The position numbers were made by a program, and so were the translations under genes. Below the pieces are notes generated by a model, which saw only the letters and a list, made by a program, of their open reading frames with translations, made no database searches and was not told the DNA's origin. A stretch of DNA of 64,000 nucleotides from Hormiphora californensis (Eukaryota > Animalia > Ctenophora), in the NCBI GenBank assembly GCA_020137815.1, contig CM035362.1:3410001-3474000 (forward strand), read 5' to 3'. Below are positions 62,117-64,000 of the stretch, piece by piece (the first letter of the stretch is position 1; every line of letters starts with the position of its first letter).

Positions 62117-64000
62117 AAGAAAAAGAGAGAGCATATATATTGTACCATTTGTAGTCGGTACAGTCCATAGCCAACACGTAGCTACATTCTCCTTGGTACG
62201 AGTAGAACTTGCCTGGGTAGAAGAAGAGAAAGTGTGGACTGACAATATAATGGTTGCCATGGTTACAATTTGCAAATTATAAAGTGTAACCATGTTGAGT
62301 TGCCTGACACTTCAATATAACTTCAGGAACCGACCGACACAAGTAAACAACCAATCAGAACTCATTATTTAGGTCACATGACTGATTATCAGCCAATCAG
62401 GGACCAGTATATCCTTATTCGGTCGGTTCCTGAATATAACCATGTAACTGATTCATGATTATTGGTAACCAATGGTAACCACTGTATGGTAACCATTGGT
62501 TACTGCTATACTTACCATCAAAAGTTTTAAAATGCGGGTCCCCAACTACTGTACACGTATCGTCCACCTTCTTGGGCTACAACGGGGGAATAGCACGGTT
62601 AATATGTATTAATTATCAGTATTAACTTTAATTCCCTATTAATTATAATTATAATTAATTAATTAGGACCAGGTTTAGTTAGGTTTAGTAACTTGTGACG
62701 TGGTTTAGGAACATTGATATCAAGGTACTAACATTAGATCGGAAAATTCTAATTTGAGACCCCGGGTTTAGGTTAGTTGGTTGTATCGGTGCCCCCCCCC
62801 CCCCCTCTTCTCGAGACTCTGTTATTATGTTCTAACCCTCCGGAGTGCAGAGAAAAAGAGGGTCGAACAAGGCAAGGACTCACCTGTGGATCCTCCACGA
62901 TAATATTCCATGAGATGGACTCGGAGTAGTGTTTATCAGGACAGATCGCCATTTCAACCGTATACCGGCCAGCATCTGATACACGAATACTTCTGTCGGA
63001 ACCCTGCAGATTGGTATTCATGTAATTAATAAACTACTAAATTAAATTAATAATTAATTAAAGCTCGCTTTAATATGTCATGACGTCACCAATTTACCTT
63101 GTTGATTTCGCCATAGACCATTCCAAACTTGTACCAAGAGAGAGTTAAGTAGCTGGGTGTATCCGAGGGGACAGATAGTGTCTCACTGTCACCTTTAGTT
63201 CTGAAAAAGAGATTTTGTTAGTTTCACTAAACAAAAAAACAACCAATCAGAACTCGTTATTTAGGTCACGTGACTGGTTATCAGCCAATCAGGGACCTGA
63301 TTCGGTCGGTTCCTTGTTAGTTTCAAAATCCAAATATAGACAGGTTAGATAAAACAGCATCGGTCCATATATATGCGTATTGCAAAGGAACTTTTAACAG
63401 AAATAGAATGAACAGTTGGGCTATTAATAGCAGTTAATTGTAAATGTTGATATATTAATTGGTAATAGAATGAATTTAACTCGAGATATCCAGAAGATTT
63501 ATTCTCACATTTTGATGGCGTACAAGGTTGTCCAGTCAGAGGGTGCGGTCCACCCAGGAATGTCCACGACCACATCGGGGGAGGGACTGTAACCGGCGGA
63601 GTAAAACCTGCAAAAGAGGTGGTAAGAGGCTAGTAAGAGGCTGACCAGATGTCATCGGACCAAACCAAACCATTTACCGGGAGGATACATTTCTCCCGAT
63701 ATAGGAAATCAACGGTATTATACCAGGCAAAACCCTTTCTCCCAAGCATCCCTGTAAACCAGGGTCTGACTGTATTAGAACCCTTTCCCCCGAGCATCTC
63801 GATAAATCGGGGTCCGACTGTATTAGAAGCCCTTTTCCCCCGAGCATCCCGATAAACCGGGGTCCGACTGTATTAGAAACCCTTTTCCCCGGGCATCCCG
63901 GTAAATCGGGGTCCGACTAACACTACCCCCCCCCCCCCCCCCCCCCCCCCCCCGAGCTCCCGATAAATCATGGTTATATATATTATATACCTGAGAACAT
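59996..64000 (-). CDS. 3' part of a secreted-type protein with an Ig-like segment and C-terminal von Willebrand type D domain; exons 63607-63509, 63200-63098, 63003-62884, 62576-62516, 62212-62146, 62026-61944, 61838-61737, 61506-61363, 61203-61108, 60818-60761, 60600-60544, 60385-60294, 60210-59996
   Basis: SDAGRYTV (Ig-like DxGxY), [40 protein letters not shown], FADSW. All 13 exons are phase-consistent; another donor at 63990 shows the gene continues beyond the window. Confidence 0.9.

Overview
Eukaryotic (animal) genomic DNA with GT-AG introns and very dense repeats. The ~105-bp CAGGAACCGACC...CCAATCAG...CACGTG repeat resembles one I recall from ctenophore (Pleurobrachia-like) sequence, but the taxon is unverified. 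The left half holds a 16-bp satellite with ~1-kb higher-order repeats. An intact full-length L2/CR1-group LINE interrupts it, and its ORF1/ORF2 junction looks like a -1 ribosomal frameshift site. A 3-exon LicD-family gene, a Helentron-type element and a truncated LINE follow. The whole ~4.2-20.5 kb block is repeated at ~20.6-31.5 kb as a noisy second copy, probably the other haplotype, with a different set of insertions, which exposes empty/filled site pairs. The right half holds nested foldback DNA transposons with clean TSDs and four spliced genes rebuilt by hand with phase-consistent exons: an alpha-carbonic anhydrase (possibly mitochondrial), a CaMKIV-derived pseudokinase with a ~3.7-kb palindrome in one intron, an OST-alpha/SLC51A-like transporter, and the 3' part of an Ig-like + vWD domain gene. 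Three homopolymer-rich stretches look like low-quality consensus rather than biology.
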